Below the pieces are notes generated by a model. The model made no database searches, had not been told where the DNA came from, and saw nothing but the letters and a program-made list of their open reading frames with translations. The translations under genes were made by a program, and so were the position numbers. Positions 12,291-23,614 of a stretch of 64,000 bases of DNA are shown here, in pieces. The DNA is from Nemertoderma westbladi. Its lineage: Eukaryota; Animalia; Xenacoelomorpha. The DNA lies in contig JAUCBJ010003179.1 of the NCBI GenBank assembly GCA_032718475.1, positions 9,813-73,812 of the forward strand. The letters run 5' to 3'. The stretch's first letter is position 1, and every line of letters begins with the position of its first letter.

Positions 12291-13490
12291 ATTGTTAATT
12301 TTTGCCTTTTCCAAAACAATACCTAAACGTTATAACGTTTATATTGTTTTGGTTAGAAAAGCCCACACATGTAACCTGATCCTTTACTTTATTATAAGAA
12401 TCGGTAATACCCTTGTCGGTGTAACATTTACAAGGTTCCGCAATTGCATTTAACATTTCAGTGGCTGATAGTTTACAGTCAGACAGTAAGCTATTCTACA
12501 TAGTCTGCCGGTACTGTATTTCAGTACACAGCATTTGGTAGGTACCGCTGTACCGGTTAATTTCACCGTTTATCTTCTGACTCACTGATTTCGGATGACA
12601 GGGAGTACCCTATAGGGGGGTAATTTTCATCCGGCAGTTCATTTTTAGTGCCGTTGGGGTACCATTGGGTGCCGTTTGGGTGCCGGTTGGGTGCGTTTGG
12701 GTGCCGTTTGGGTGCCGATTGGGTGCGTTTGGGTAATTAGTCATACCGAATTAATTAGACCTACAGACTACAGTATGATTGATTATGAGCGATTGGCGAA
12801 CGATAACCATACTTTATTTTTTTTAAATAAATAAAAATTTTTAAAATTTTTGAAAAACTCCCAGACTCCGGCTCCTGCTCCGGCTCCGGCCAAATTATCC
12901 AGCTCCTGCTCCGGCTCCGGCTCCGGCCAAATCCCAACTCCGATCGAGCCCTAGAGGGAGGGGGTCAACATTTTGGGGAAAAGTGCAGACGTCATACTTC
13001 GACGGCCCCTAACAACGCAGCAACGAGCAACATAACAATCAGACAATCTTTAGCTGCATACTGGCATCTGGGCATAGGTTTAAACTGCTAAACAACTACA
13101 ACCTCGCCTCAATCTGTCAATTACAATTACAGAATTAGAATTGCTGCATGGTAAAACTACCAACAGACCAACTGAGTAGAGTGCGGTACTGCTGTACTGA
13201 GTACCGTATCTGTCTTGCATGACTTGAGTATTGCATTGCTGCATTGCAGTATTCTGGTATTGACCTACTGAGTGAGTTGAGTCGAGGACGCAGGATTAGG
13301 CAGTTCAGCAGTTAGCAGGTTAGGTAGATAGGCCTAGTACGATAAACTGACCTAACTGTTAACTTAACTTCAGAACTTTATTAACTTAACTTCAGAACTT
13401 TATTAACTTAACTTCAGAACTTTACTCTACCGCAGTCCAGTATCTATCCTACTATCTGACTATCAGCAAATCAGTCATCAGACTTTCAAA

Positions 13491-16400
13491 ATGTCGATAT
13501 TAAGAATTTCAATGCGATTGCGGCAACAGCAAAGAAGCAAGTCGTATCATCCAGTCGAAAAGAAACCAAAACTAGATTTTATGTCGGATCAGATATATGA
13601 TTTATCTAAGATGGATATTCCAAAAAATGCCCTACCACCAGACGAAATATTTGCCGCTGATGTTAAACTTGCGGAAATAGGTAGGCCTAAGTTCCGCTTT
13701 GCCGATTTCACACTTACAATTTAGTGACCATTTATATTTAGCCTACCTATAGACTATCTGAATTGCTGCGCTTCACGGAGCAGTCCCACGCCCACTGAAC
13801 AGTTTTTCAAGGAGATAGCAGATAGGCTTCATTAAATGGTTTGATTTCCACAACATTGGTCCGAACATTTCGTTGACGGCAGACCACATGTTCGGTCCGA
13901 GTTGGGCTGCTACCACGTGTTCGGTCCTAGTTGGGCTGCTACCACATGTTCCGTCCGAGTTGGGCTGCTACCACATGTTGTGTCCGAGTTGGGCTGCTAC
14001 CACGTGTTCGGTCCTAGTTGGGCTGCTACCACATGTTCGGTCCTAGTTGGGCTGCTACCACATGTTCGGTCCTAGTTGGGCTGCTACCACGTGTTCGGTC
14101 CTAGTTGGGCTGCTACCACATGTTCGGTCCTAGTTGGGCTGCTACCACATGTTCGGTCCGAGTTGGGCTGATTTATCTTTTCAGATGGGGAGATTCTAAC
14201 GTGGTATCCACTGTTTTCCTCCCGTAATTGTTGTTGCAGTTACAATTTTACATGCAAACCAAATACCGGTACAATATTATATAATGAGTTGGAAGAAAAT
14301 GCAACGAAACTGAAATTCTAAACTTCTAATTTGTTCTTATAATTTCAGGGTTAAAGCTAAAAGGCATAGTTGATCCATTTGATATGGCGTTGAAACCGAT
14401 GGTGGCGGGACTCACACCTGATATGCCGAACCTAGTCCCTTCCTTTGAGGCCCATCGCACTATCGCATGTCTTTGCCATGAAGATAACTTTCATTTTAAC
14501 TACATGATCACGTGGGAAGGTAAGAAACATATCGTGTTTGCCGGAACACGTGGGAAGGTAAGGAACATATCGTGTTTACAGGAACACGTGGGAAGGTAAG
14601 GAACATATCGTGTATGCCGCAACACGTGGGAAGGTAAGAAACATATCGTGTTTACCGCAACACGTGGGAAGGTAAGAAACATATCGTGTTTGCCGCAACA
14701 CGTGGGAAGGTGAGAAACATATCGTGTTTGCCGCAACACGTGGGGGGAAGGTAAGAACATCGGGTTGCCGCAACACGTGGGAAGGTAAGAAACATATCGT
14801 GTTTCCCAGAACACGTGATAAGGTTAAAACATAACCTGTTCCTTTGAGTTTCGGTTATTGTTTTGGTTAGAATAACTTAACCTCTGCATCTTGCTCCTTG
14901 ATAATTAAACATTGATACGACATACAAGTGACGAGATATTTGTCAGCAACCTCTGGTGCTTTTCTACGGCATAGAGATGTGTGTCAGGAAATGTTAGGAA
15001 AATTCCAGTGTTTACTTTTAATGTAAATATTTACAGAAATATCCTCATAATAAATTGTTAATTGAACTAAAATTGTGATTGTGACTTTGTGTTTGGTCAT
15101 TTTTCGTTTAAACTTAAAAAATTTCGTTTAAATTTCGTTATTACTGCGTTTTCTATTGAAAGCAATTTCGGAAATTAATACATTTTCAATTTTAACTCTT
15201 CCACAATTATTACTAATACCTCCTGCTATTTTGCCAGTTTATACACATCCTGAAAACGCATAGTGGTGTTGAGGTGCTACGGTGGATCTTGTGATCCTAA
15301 TTACTGGTTAGTAGTTAGTTACTTTTCCGACACTTTACTGCCTTTACAGAAGCAGTTAAGTTAGCAGCTGCAGAAACAGTTACTGTATACCCTCGAAACA
15401 GGAAAAGGGCCCCCTGGACTGACAACAAAATTCAGAAGTGCCGAAATGACCTTCATAAGGCGCAGAAAGAGTCCCGACTCAAACAGACTACAGCGGCCAA
15501 GAATACAGTTAAGGCTGCATCTAGGTCCCTGAACAGGCAGTACTCTGTTAATTTACAGGAGCTAATAAACCAACAGGTTGATGCCATCAATGATGCTGAC
15601 GACAGCAGGCAATCATCCCAGGCATGGAGATCGATCAACTTGCTTACTGGGCGGAAAAGCCAACCAACCACCAAGGTTAAGGCAGAATCACCAGCCGATC
15701 GCCTCAATGGTTGGAAAGCCCACTTTGAAAAGCTCCTCAATAATGACAGGGTATTGCCTGATAACTTTATAGAAGTAAAAGTGTCTGAGTCTGTACTCCC
15801 AGATATTCCCATTGGCGATATCTCCTTTGCAGAAGTGAAGGCTGCTGCAAAGAGCATTAAGACCAATCGTGTCAGTGGAGTAGATGGTGTTCCCCCTGAG
15901 GTCTTTAAAATACCTGAGTGTTTAAAGCTCATCTATCCCATCATAGTAGACATGTACCGAACAACAAGAGTCCCACAAGAAATGAAAACAAATAAGTTGG
16001 TGCCAGTTCCCAAGAAGGGCAACCTAACACTCTATGGTTCTTTTCGGGGAATCTCATTGATCTCGATTGCTGCAAAGCTATACAATAGGATTCTATTAAA
16101 TCGCATCAGGGATCCCATTGAGAGACTGCTCCGTGGAAATCAGAATGGGTTCCGTAAAGGTCGTGGGACCATGGAGCCCATTTTGGCACTTAGAAGGATA
16201 ATTGAAGAATTATCAAAAAAGAAAGACAGGCATCTGGCTGTTATCTTTGTTGACTTCTTCAAGGCCTTTGATTCAGTCTCTCGCTCACGTATGTTCAGTA
16301 TACTTTCATTATATGGGATTCCTGATGAAATTATTGCAGCAATCAGATCAGTATACGATGGTTCGACAACATTTGTGTCTACTGTTGACGGTGACACAGA

Positions 16401-18238
16401 ACCATTTGAAGTGTTATGGGGCGTCCTCCAAGGAGACACACTTGCACCATTCTTGTTCATTATTGTGGTTGACTATGTTCTACGCATGTCCTTAGATCAT
16501 CATAATGATGATGGGGTGATCTACTGGCTCCAGAAGTCGAGGAAATCCTGCCAAGTACCTAACTGATCTAGACTTTGCTGATGACTTAGGAGTACTCTCA
16601 GAATCATTAGAGGGAGCCCAACGGCTCCTCAGCTCATTAGAACATGCTGCTTCTAGTGTTGGTCTTTTTATTAACTCCAGAAAGACCAAAATTTTGACAG
16701 TTAACTTTGAAAGTCCTCAGCAAGTCTCTGATCGGATGAGCATAAGTTCAAAGGATGGTATGCTTGAGCATGTGGACGACTTCTGTTACCTGGGATCATG
16801 GATCCGGAAGTCAGGTGAGGACCTTCGAATACGTAAGGGAAAGGCATGGGCAGCCTTGAATAGGCTTTCCAGGATTTGGAAGTCACCGAGAATTAATCGG
16901 AAACTTAAGGTCCGATTATTTAGAGCAGCAGTAGTTCCAGTACTCCTCTACGGGAGTCCATGCTGGGCTCTAACTGCTGAGGACACCAAATCTCTGGATG
17001 GCACATTCACAAGAATGCTACGCCGGGTTCATTGTGTCAAGTACAATGCACACATCTCCAACCAGACACTATATAACATTGGAGGTGTCTCATTGGTTCC
17101 CCCAAGCTTGACACTAGAACAAAATCGCCTCCGCTTTGCAGGACATTGCTTTCGCCGTGAGGACCAGCCAGTGCATAATCTTGTACTTTGGCAGCCTCAT
17201 GGAGTGAATAAGCATGGTGGACAGCCCATGACTTTCTTGAGACGCATCTTAAAGGACACTGGCCTTGAAGATGCGGATGATCTAGCAAATGTCATGGGTG
17301 ATAGGGAGTTGTGGCGGTGCAATTTTGTTGACAAGCCGGCACAGTATTCTTAAAAATGCAGCTGCAATGCAGCATGCCGATCCCTACTACTACTACTTTT
17401 CCGAACATTTCCTTAAAAAAAACATATTTCCGGAAAACTTGCATCCCTCCTCAGGCCGCATTTATATTTTTAGTATATTATAAAAGGAAGTGACGAGCTC
17501 TAAGTAGGTATCGGTGGGAATTAAACCAGAGTTTTTTGTCGTTAAATATGGGGCCAGCGCCATACACTCTGCCATGGCGCTTTTGGCAGGAACCTCGATG
17601 ACGCCAGCAGCGCCATCGAGATTTCTCAGTGACTCGCCATGCATATTCTCTGCTAACTGTACCGGTACAACAAGGACTGTCAAAAATTGGTCCTAATCAA
17701 TATTGGAAATATTACCAAACAATTAACTGTAATTTTAATTGTGAATTTCACAAATCAATTATTCTAAAAAAGTTTAGAAATAAATATATTTTTACATAAT
17801 TTCACTAACCATATCAATTTCCTGATATCGGTATCGGTAACCAATCTCTGATCTTGTTGACTGCCTCTCGTTTCAAACTTATTCCTTTTCGCAAGATTAT
17901 AAAGTTGTGTGAGTGGATATTGCAATTTTTAATCCTATCCAAATTTATTTTTATTTTAGTTTGTGTATTATGTAATATTAGGTGGTTGATTAAAATATAA
18001 ATATTATATACGTATATAAAGTAACTTCCATTCCTTCCGTATATTATGTAAATACCGATGTTTCAATTATTTAGGAGAACTAACCCAATGTAAATGCGGA
18101 TGGTGGTGGCAATTAATACGACTACAGGAGAATATGAGAATCGACGAAGTTCCCAAAGATCTCGTCAACCAAATGATGAAACAGAACGAACTATTAGCGG
18201 AAGCAGATCGGGATGAATGGAAGGAGACGGCACATTGA
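13491..18238 (+). CDS. COX5B: Cytochrome c oxidase subunit 5B-like protein, 3 exons (13491-13680, 14349-14519, 18075-18238), ~174 aa
   Basis: GT-AG introns with consistent phases (1, 1). The spliced product has an Arg-rich N-terminal presequence-like segment, then ...PPDEIFAADVKLAEIGLKLKGIVDPFDM...DMPNLVPSFEAHRTIACLCHEDN...WEGELTQCKCGWWWQL..., matching the COX5B DP(F/Y)...PNLVPS...RxxxCxCxED...CxCG zinc-binding pattern. Recognised from recalled motifs. Confidence 0.85.
13883..14170 (+). repeat. Minisatellite, 29-bp unit ACCACATGTTCGGTCCTAGTTGGGCTGCT, ~10 copies (COX5B intron 1)
   Basis: Direct inspection. Confidence 0.95.
14508..14820 (+). repeat. Minisatellite, ~38-bp unit spanning the COX5B exon 2 donor site, ~8 copies
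   Basis: Unit CACGTGGGAAG|GTAAGAAACATATCGTGTTTGCCGCAA; the first copy overlaps the exon end at 14519. Confidence 0.9.
15331..17353 (+). pseudogene. Truncated, frameshifted RTE reverse transcriptase ORF
   Basis: ORFs 15640-16566 and 16694-17353 are in different frames. KYLTDLDFADD is in the frame of the second ORF, placing one frameshift at ~16520-16550. The endonuclease domain is absent. Confidence 0.88.
15331..17397 (+). mobile_element. 5'-truncated RTE-clade non-LTR retrotransposon in COX5B intron 2
   Basis: Reverse transcriptase motifs (PKKG, FRGISLISIAAKLYNRIL, QNGFRKGR, FVDFFKAFDSV, GVLQGDTLAPFLF, LDFADD, YLGS, RLRFAGH); (TAC)n tail at 17385-17397; 11-bp TSD TACTTTTCCGA at 15320-15330 and 17394-17404. 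Confidence 0.92.
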
Positions 18239-19804
18239 TGTCGGTTCCTATAGCAACACGGTACTCACATACTCGGTAGCAGATATCGGCCCACCCACTA
18301 GAAGATTAGACTCTCTTTACTAAACGCGGTTCTCGTAGTATTGGAAATTTCAAGAAAAGTGTCTACAATGGATTTTAGTTAAGGCCAATAATGGGGGTCC
18401 CGAGCTGCGTGATTTGTGTTAAACTCATAGAAATTATTAGATACGCTCAACCCCATTGTTGTTATTAAAGGTTCGTTAGTTATAATATTTTCGGTAAGTA
18501 TAAGTTTATAAATAATAATTGAATTACTAAGTTGGTATTTATTATAAAACAGTTCCCGCAAATGATTATTGGTGATGTTTTGTGGTTGTTTGGACGCCTT
18601 CACCTATTAATGCTGGTCTAAGTGTCAGATAGTTAGGAATATGACGAGGGTTTGATACTCCAACTGCTGCTAAACCACTCCGTCGACAAGTCTAAGAACC
18701 AATATTGTAGCCCCAAACAGTTTACCGGTACCGGTAGTAGGGGCAGTACAATTACAACAACCTTGCATTGTCGCTGTGGAATGTTTTTATTTAAATGTGA
18801 AACATTTTATATTAATATATTAATACAATTTAAAAAAATTAACGGTGTTCGCATAGCAACGCCTGTAAATTAATTCCAGAATTTACTTAAGGTTATTCCC
18901 TTGAACTGCGCTTACTCTTTGCTTACCGGTACTCAGTAAATAAATCGCGGTTCCCTTTGTTACAGCAGTAACGGCTACACGAACTCTAAACGCACTCACT
19001 GAAACCCATCCTGCTGATTAGTGTAAACAGTACCCGAAGTGAACATAATGAACACAATTTAATTAGCATGTCCAATTCGCGATTTATAGGGAACAAGGGA
19101 AGTCAGAATAACAATATTAAACCAATTCTGTGAATTGATTAGCTCAGTAACGTTTATAAGAAGTGGATGAGCACTATATCAATTATTTTTACAAAACTTT
19201 TATACGGCAGTCTAATTTAATGTTCAATTGAACCTGAACTGCATTTATTATTTGTTTCACATTCTTGTGTTCTAATGTCTGTTACAACAAGTTCATTACT
19301 CATGTTAGTAATTAATTTAGTATTCAAAAAAGAGAGTTTTTATCTTTCGTGGCAATTCAATTAAAGTAAATGCGGTAACTTTGGGTGAGTCTATATTATA
19401 GTTTAGTTATTGCTACTTTGTGTCATGTTACTATTTTAGTGTAGTTGAACAACTTTTTATATAAATAAACAATTTATAAAACAAATATTATAATCGCTAT
19501 TAATTATTATTTCTTTGGGTATTTCCAAACCAGTTTAGTGCGGACTTTGTCCAGAATCTCCACGCAGTACTGTAGTTTGGATCATTGCGTTTCCAACTCA
19601 CCGATGTTTTTTCGTACACGTTTTCCGTAGTATTGGTGCCAACATTCAACTACGCAATAATTGGGGGCTTTCCATTGGCTCATCCCCTAAGAGAGAGTTT
19701 TACTCAAAAATATAATTCGGTACTGACGAATATCTAAATTAACTTTCAAAAATTGACCGCACCTGGAAATTGCTCTAGTAGTGTTACTATAAGTAGCATA
19801 GCGT

Positions 19805-20040
19805 AATGTAAAAGCAAACAGTCGGTCGAAGCCGGAAGCGACCCGAAGGCTCCTCTTTCGATATCTGCTACCCGAGGGTAGGGGTGGGCGCTACTCCTAT
19901 CCCAAGATTTGCTCCCAGTTATTTAACTGGTACTCATTTCATCGACCCCAGTGGATGAAAGGCTGAGTGGACCCTGGAGGGGCTGAACCTACAACCAATA
20001 GATTGCAGGCCCGGCGCTCAACCAACTGAGCTACCCCGCC
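19805..20040 (-). mobile_element. tRNA-derived SINE with a Meta-domain-like core
   Basis: Minus strand reads GGCGGGGTAGCTCAGTTGGTTGAGCGCC...GTAGGTTCAGCCCC (A and degenerate B boxes), then ACTCAGCCTTTCATCCACTGGGGTCGATGAAATGAGTACCAG, which resembles the recalled MetaSINE/Sauria-SINE central domain. The 3' boundary is approximate. Confidence 0.75.
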
Positions 20041-20939
20041 TTTCAAATAGCGTGGGGGGGGGGGGGGGGGGGGTGGTAGCAAATCTCCCCATCTCGATGA
20101 ATAGTGACATGTAATTCTAACAAAAACACTAAATAATAAGATACACTGGACACCCCCAGGCGGGGTAAAAGGGGATACATACACTATACAGTGGACGTAG
20201 AAGAAGACACAAACAGGTAAATAAGTTAAGTTTTATAAAGTTAATGCTTAGTCAGTTGCAAGATGAGCGGGGGTTGGGCAGGCGGGACGTAATAGTGCGT
20301 GTTAGAGCTATCGGCAGTAATCACAACAAAAGACACAGGTACATTGGTACAACCTTCCGATAGAGGGTGGAAGGGAGTTTTGTTTGCGCAAATTTTCTGG
20401 TGATAGCCGTGCGCTATTGTTATTACATATGATCAAATGAAAGCCAATAGCATACCGACCAGAGCCCCCCCCCCCCCCCCCCTCACTTATCCTGCTGATA
20501 TGTTCTAAGCTAATTCTGTTAATTCTGCCATGGATTTCAGCGTATATGGTCAACACTTCGAAATAGTCAACACTTTGAAAAACCATGTTAACACTTAGAA
20601 ATAATGGTTCGAAGAGCGCCTTTTTATTGAAAATTTTTACCCCGTATCAACACTTCGAAAAGTCATGTCACTTCGAAAGACCATGTCATCACTTTACTTC
20701 GAAAAGGAATAATTTGAATGAATATAGAACAATAGTAAATTTACAAATACTAAAACAATAATAACTATATATATATGGTTAGGGTCAGGTAATACAAATT
20801 ATTACATTATATTACATTCCATTATGGGATATAGAGGGACATATCATCATGACATTGTATAATTCAACCAAATCACGTTTTGAGACTACCCTTTGTAAAG
20901 CTATTGCTGATAAATCAACGTCCAAACATTGGGTATGCC

Positions 20940-23613
20940 AGTATCCAAGCATAGTGGCTCATGAAACATAATATATCCAAGCATAGTGGCTCATGAAACA
21001 TAATATATCCAATCATAGTGGCTCATGAAACATAATGTATCCAATCATAGTGGCTCATGAAACATAATATATCCAATCATAGTGGCTCATGAAACATAAT
21101 ATATCCAATCACAGTGGCTCATGAAACATAATATATCCAATCATAGTGGCTCATAAAACATAATATATCCAATCATAGTGGCTCATGAAACATAATATAT
21201 CCAAGCATAGTGGCTCATGAAACATAATATATCCAATCATAGTGGCTCATGAAACATAATATATCCAAGCATAGTGGCTCATGAAACATAATATATCCAA
21301 GCATAGTGGCCCATGAAACATAATATATCCAATCATAGTGGCTCATAAACATAATATATCCAATCATAGTGGCTCATGAAACACAATATTATCCAAGCAT
21401 AGTGGCTCATGAAACATATATCCAATCATAGTGGCTCATGAAACATAATATTATCCAAGCATAGTGGCTCATGAAACATAATATATCCAATCATAGTGGC
21501 TCATGAAACATAATATATCCAATCATAGTGGCTCATGAAACATAATATATCCAATTATTGTGGCTCATGAAACATAATATTATCCAAGCATAGTGGCTCA
21601 TGAAACATAATATATCCAATCATAGTGGCTCATGAAACATAATATATCCAATCATAGTGGCTCATGAAACATAATATATCCAAGCATAGTGGCTCATGAA
21701 ACATAATATATCCAATCATAGTGGCTCATGAAACATAATATTATCCAAACATAGTGGCTCATGAAACATAATATATCTCACTGGCTTTAAAGTAAAGTAA
21801 ATAAAAGTAAATTTTCTTGCTCATGAAACATAATATATCCAATCATAGTGGCTCATGAAACATAATATTATCCAAGCATAGTGGCTCATGAAACATAAAA
21901 TATCCAAGTATAGTGGCTCATGAAACATAATATATCAAATCATAGTGGCTCATGAAACATAATATATCCAATCATAGTGGCTCATGAAACATAATATATC
22001 CAATCATAGTGGCTCATGAAACATAATATATCCAAGCATGGTGGCTCATGAAACATAATATATCCAAGCATAGTGGCTCATGAAACATAATATATCCAAT
22101 CATAGTGGCTCATGAAACATAATATATCCAATCATAGTGGCTCATGAAACATAATATATCCAAGCATAGTGGCTCATGAAACATAATATATGCAATCATA
22201 GTGGCTCATGAAACATAATATTATCCAAGCATATAGTGGCTCATGAAACATAATATATCCAATCATAGTGGCTCATGAAACATAATATTATCCAAGCATA
22301 GTGGCTCATGAAACATAAAATATCCAAGTATAGTGGCTCATGAAACATAATATATCCAATCATAGTGGCTCATGAAACATAATATATCCAATCATAGTGG
22401 CTCATGAAACATAATATATCCAATCATTGTGGCTCATGAAACATAATATATCCAATCATAGTGGCTCATGAAACATAATATATCCAAGCATAGTGGCTCA
22501 TGAAACATAATATATCCAATAATAGTGGCTCATGAAACATAATATTGCCAAGCATAGTGGCTCATGAAACATAATATATCCAAGCATAGTGGCTCATGAA
22601 ACATAATATATGCAATCATAGTGGCTCATGAAACATAATATTATCCAAGCATATAGTGGCTCATGAAACATAATATATCCAATCATAGTGGCTCATGAAA
22701 CATAATATTATCCAAGCATAGTGGCTCATGAAACATAATATATCCAATCATGGATGACTCATGAAACATAATATATCCAAGCATAGTGGCTCATGAAACA
22801 TAATATATGCAATCATAGTGGCTCATGAAACATAATATTATCCAAGCATATAGTGGCTCATGAATCATAATATATCCAATCATAGTGGCTCGTGAAACAT
22901 AATATATTCAATCATAGTGGCTCATGAAACATAATATATCCAATCATGGATGACTCATAAAACATAATATATCCAATCATAGTGGCTCATGAATCATAAT
23001 ATATCCAATCATAGTGGCTCATGAAACATAATATATCCAAGCATAGTGGCTCATGAAACATAATATATCCAATCATAGTGGCTCATGAAACATAATATTA
23101 TCCATGCATAGTGGCTCATGAAACATAATATATCCAAGCATAGTGGCTCATGAAACATAATATATCCAAGCATAGTGGCTCATGAAACATAATATATCCA
23201 ATCATAGTGGCTCATGAAACATAATATATCCAAGCATAGTGGTTCATAAAACGTAATATATCCAAGCATAGTGGCTTATGAAACATAATATCCAAGCATA
23301 GTGGCTCATGAAACATAATATATCCAAGAATAGTGGCTCATGAAACATAATATATCCAAGCATATTGTGGCTCATGAAACATAATATATCCAATCATAGT
23401 GGCTTATGAAACATAATATATCCAAGCATAGTGGCTCATAAAACGTAATATATCCAAGCATAGTGGCTTATGAAACATAATATCCAAGCATAGTGGCTCA
23501 TGAAACATAATATATCCAAGAATAGTGGCTCATGAAACATAATATATCCAAGCATAGTGTGGCTCATGAAACATAATATATCCAAGCATAGTGGCTCATG
23601 AAATATAATATAT
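20940..23613 (+). repeat. Satellite array, 32-bp unit TATATCCAA(T/G)CATAGTGGCTCATGAAACATAA, ~80 copies
   Basis: Direct inspection; interrupted at 21777-21818 by a copy of the adjacent SINE tail. Confidence 0.97.
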
Positions 23614-23614
23614 C

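Larger units (their letters stand above)
5365..12631. mobile_element. Foldback-like element with ~1.8-2.2 kb inverted arms, each carrying a satellite
   Basis: The left arm (5365-6794 plus 9276-9641, interrupted by a later insertion) is the reverse complement of the right arm (10452-12631). The unique spacer is 9642-10451. A possible terminus GGGTAATTAGTCATACCG ends at 12748, and a candidate 9-bp TSD AATTAATTA lies at 5313-5321 and 12749-12757. Confidence 0.75.
4754..12953. mobile_element. Non-autonomous hAT-type element nested in the Harbinger-type MITE
   Basis: TIRs TAAGGGCTCGATCGGAG and CTCCGATCGAGCCCTA; perfect 8-bp TSD GAGGGAGG at 4746-4753 and 12954-12961; subterminal (CCGGCT)n repeats at both ends. 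Confidence 0.85.
4080..13009. mobile_element. PIF/Harbinger-type MITE, outer shell of a nested insertion cluster
   Basis: TIR GGGACCGTCCAAGTATGACGTCAGCACTT at 4080 versus the reverse complement of the right end, GGGGCCGTCGAAGTATGACGTCTGCACTT (ending 13009); TAA TSD at 4077-4079 and 13010-13012; it interrupts a (caacgagcaa)-like simple repeat seen on both flanks. The superfamily is inferred from the TAA TSD. Confidence 0.8.

Noticed and set aside
15453-16689. Minus-strand ORFs of 159, 106 and 65 aa
   Set aside because: Antisense to the RTE reverse transcriptase; no independent features.
19965-20040. Possible tRNA gene
   Set aside because: The B box and acceptor stem are degenerate and the sequence runs into a SINE core; treated as a SINE head. 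The same applies to 23880-23957.
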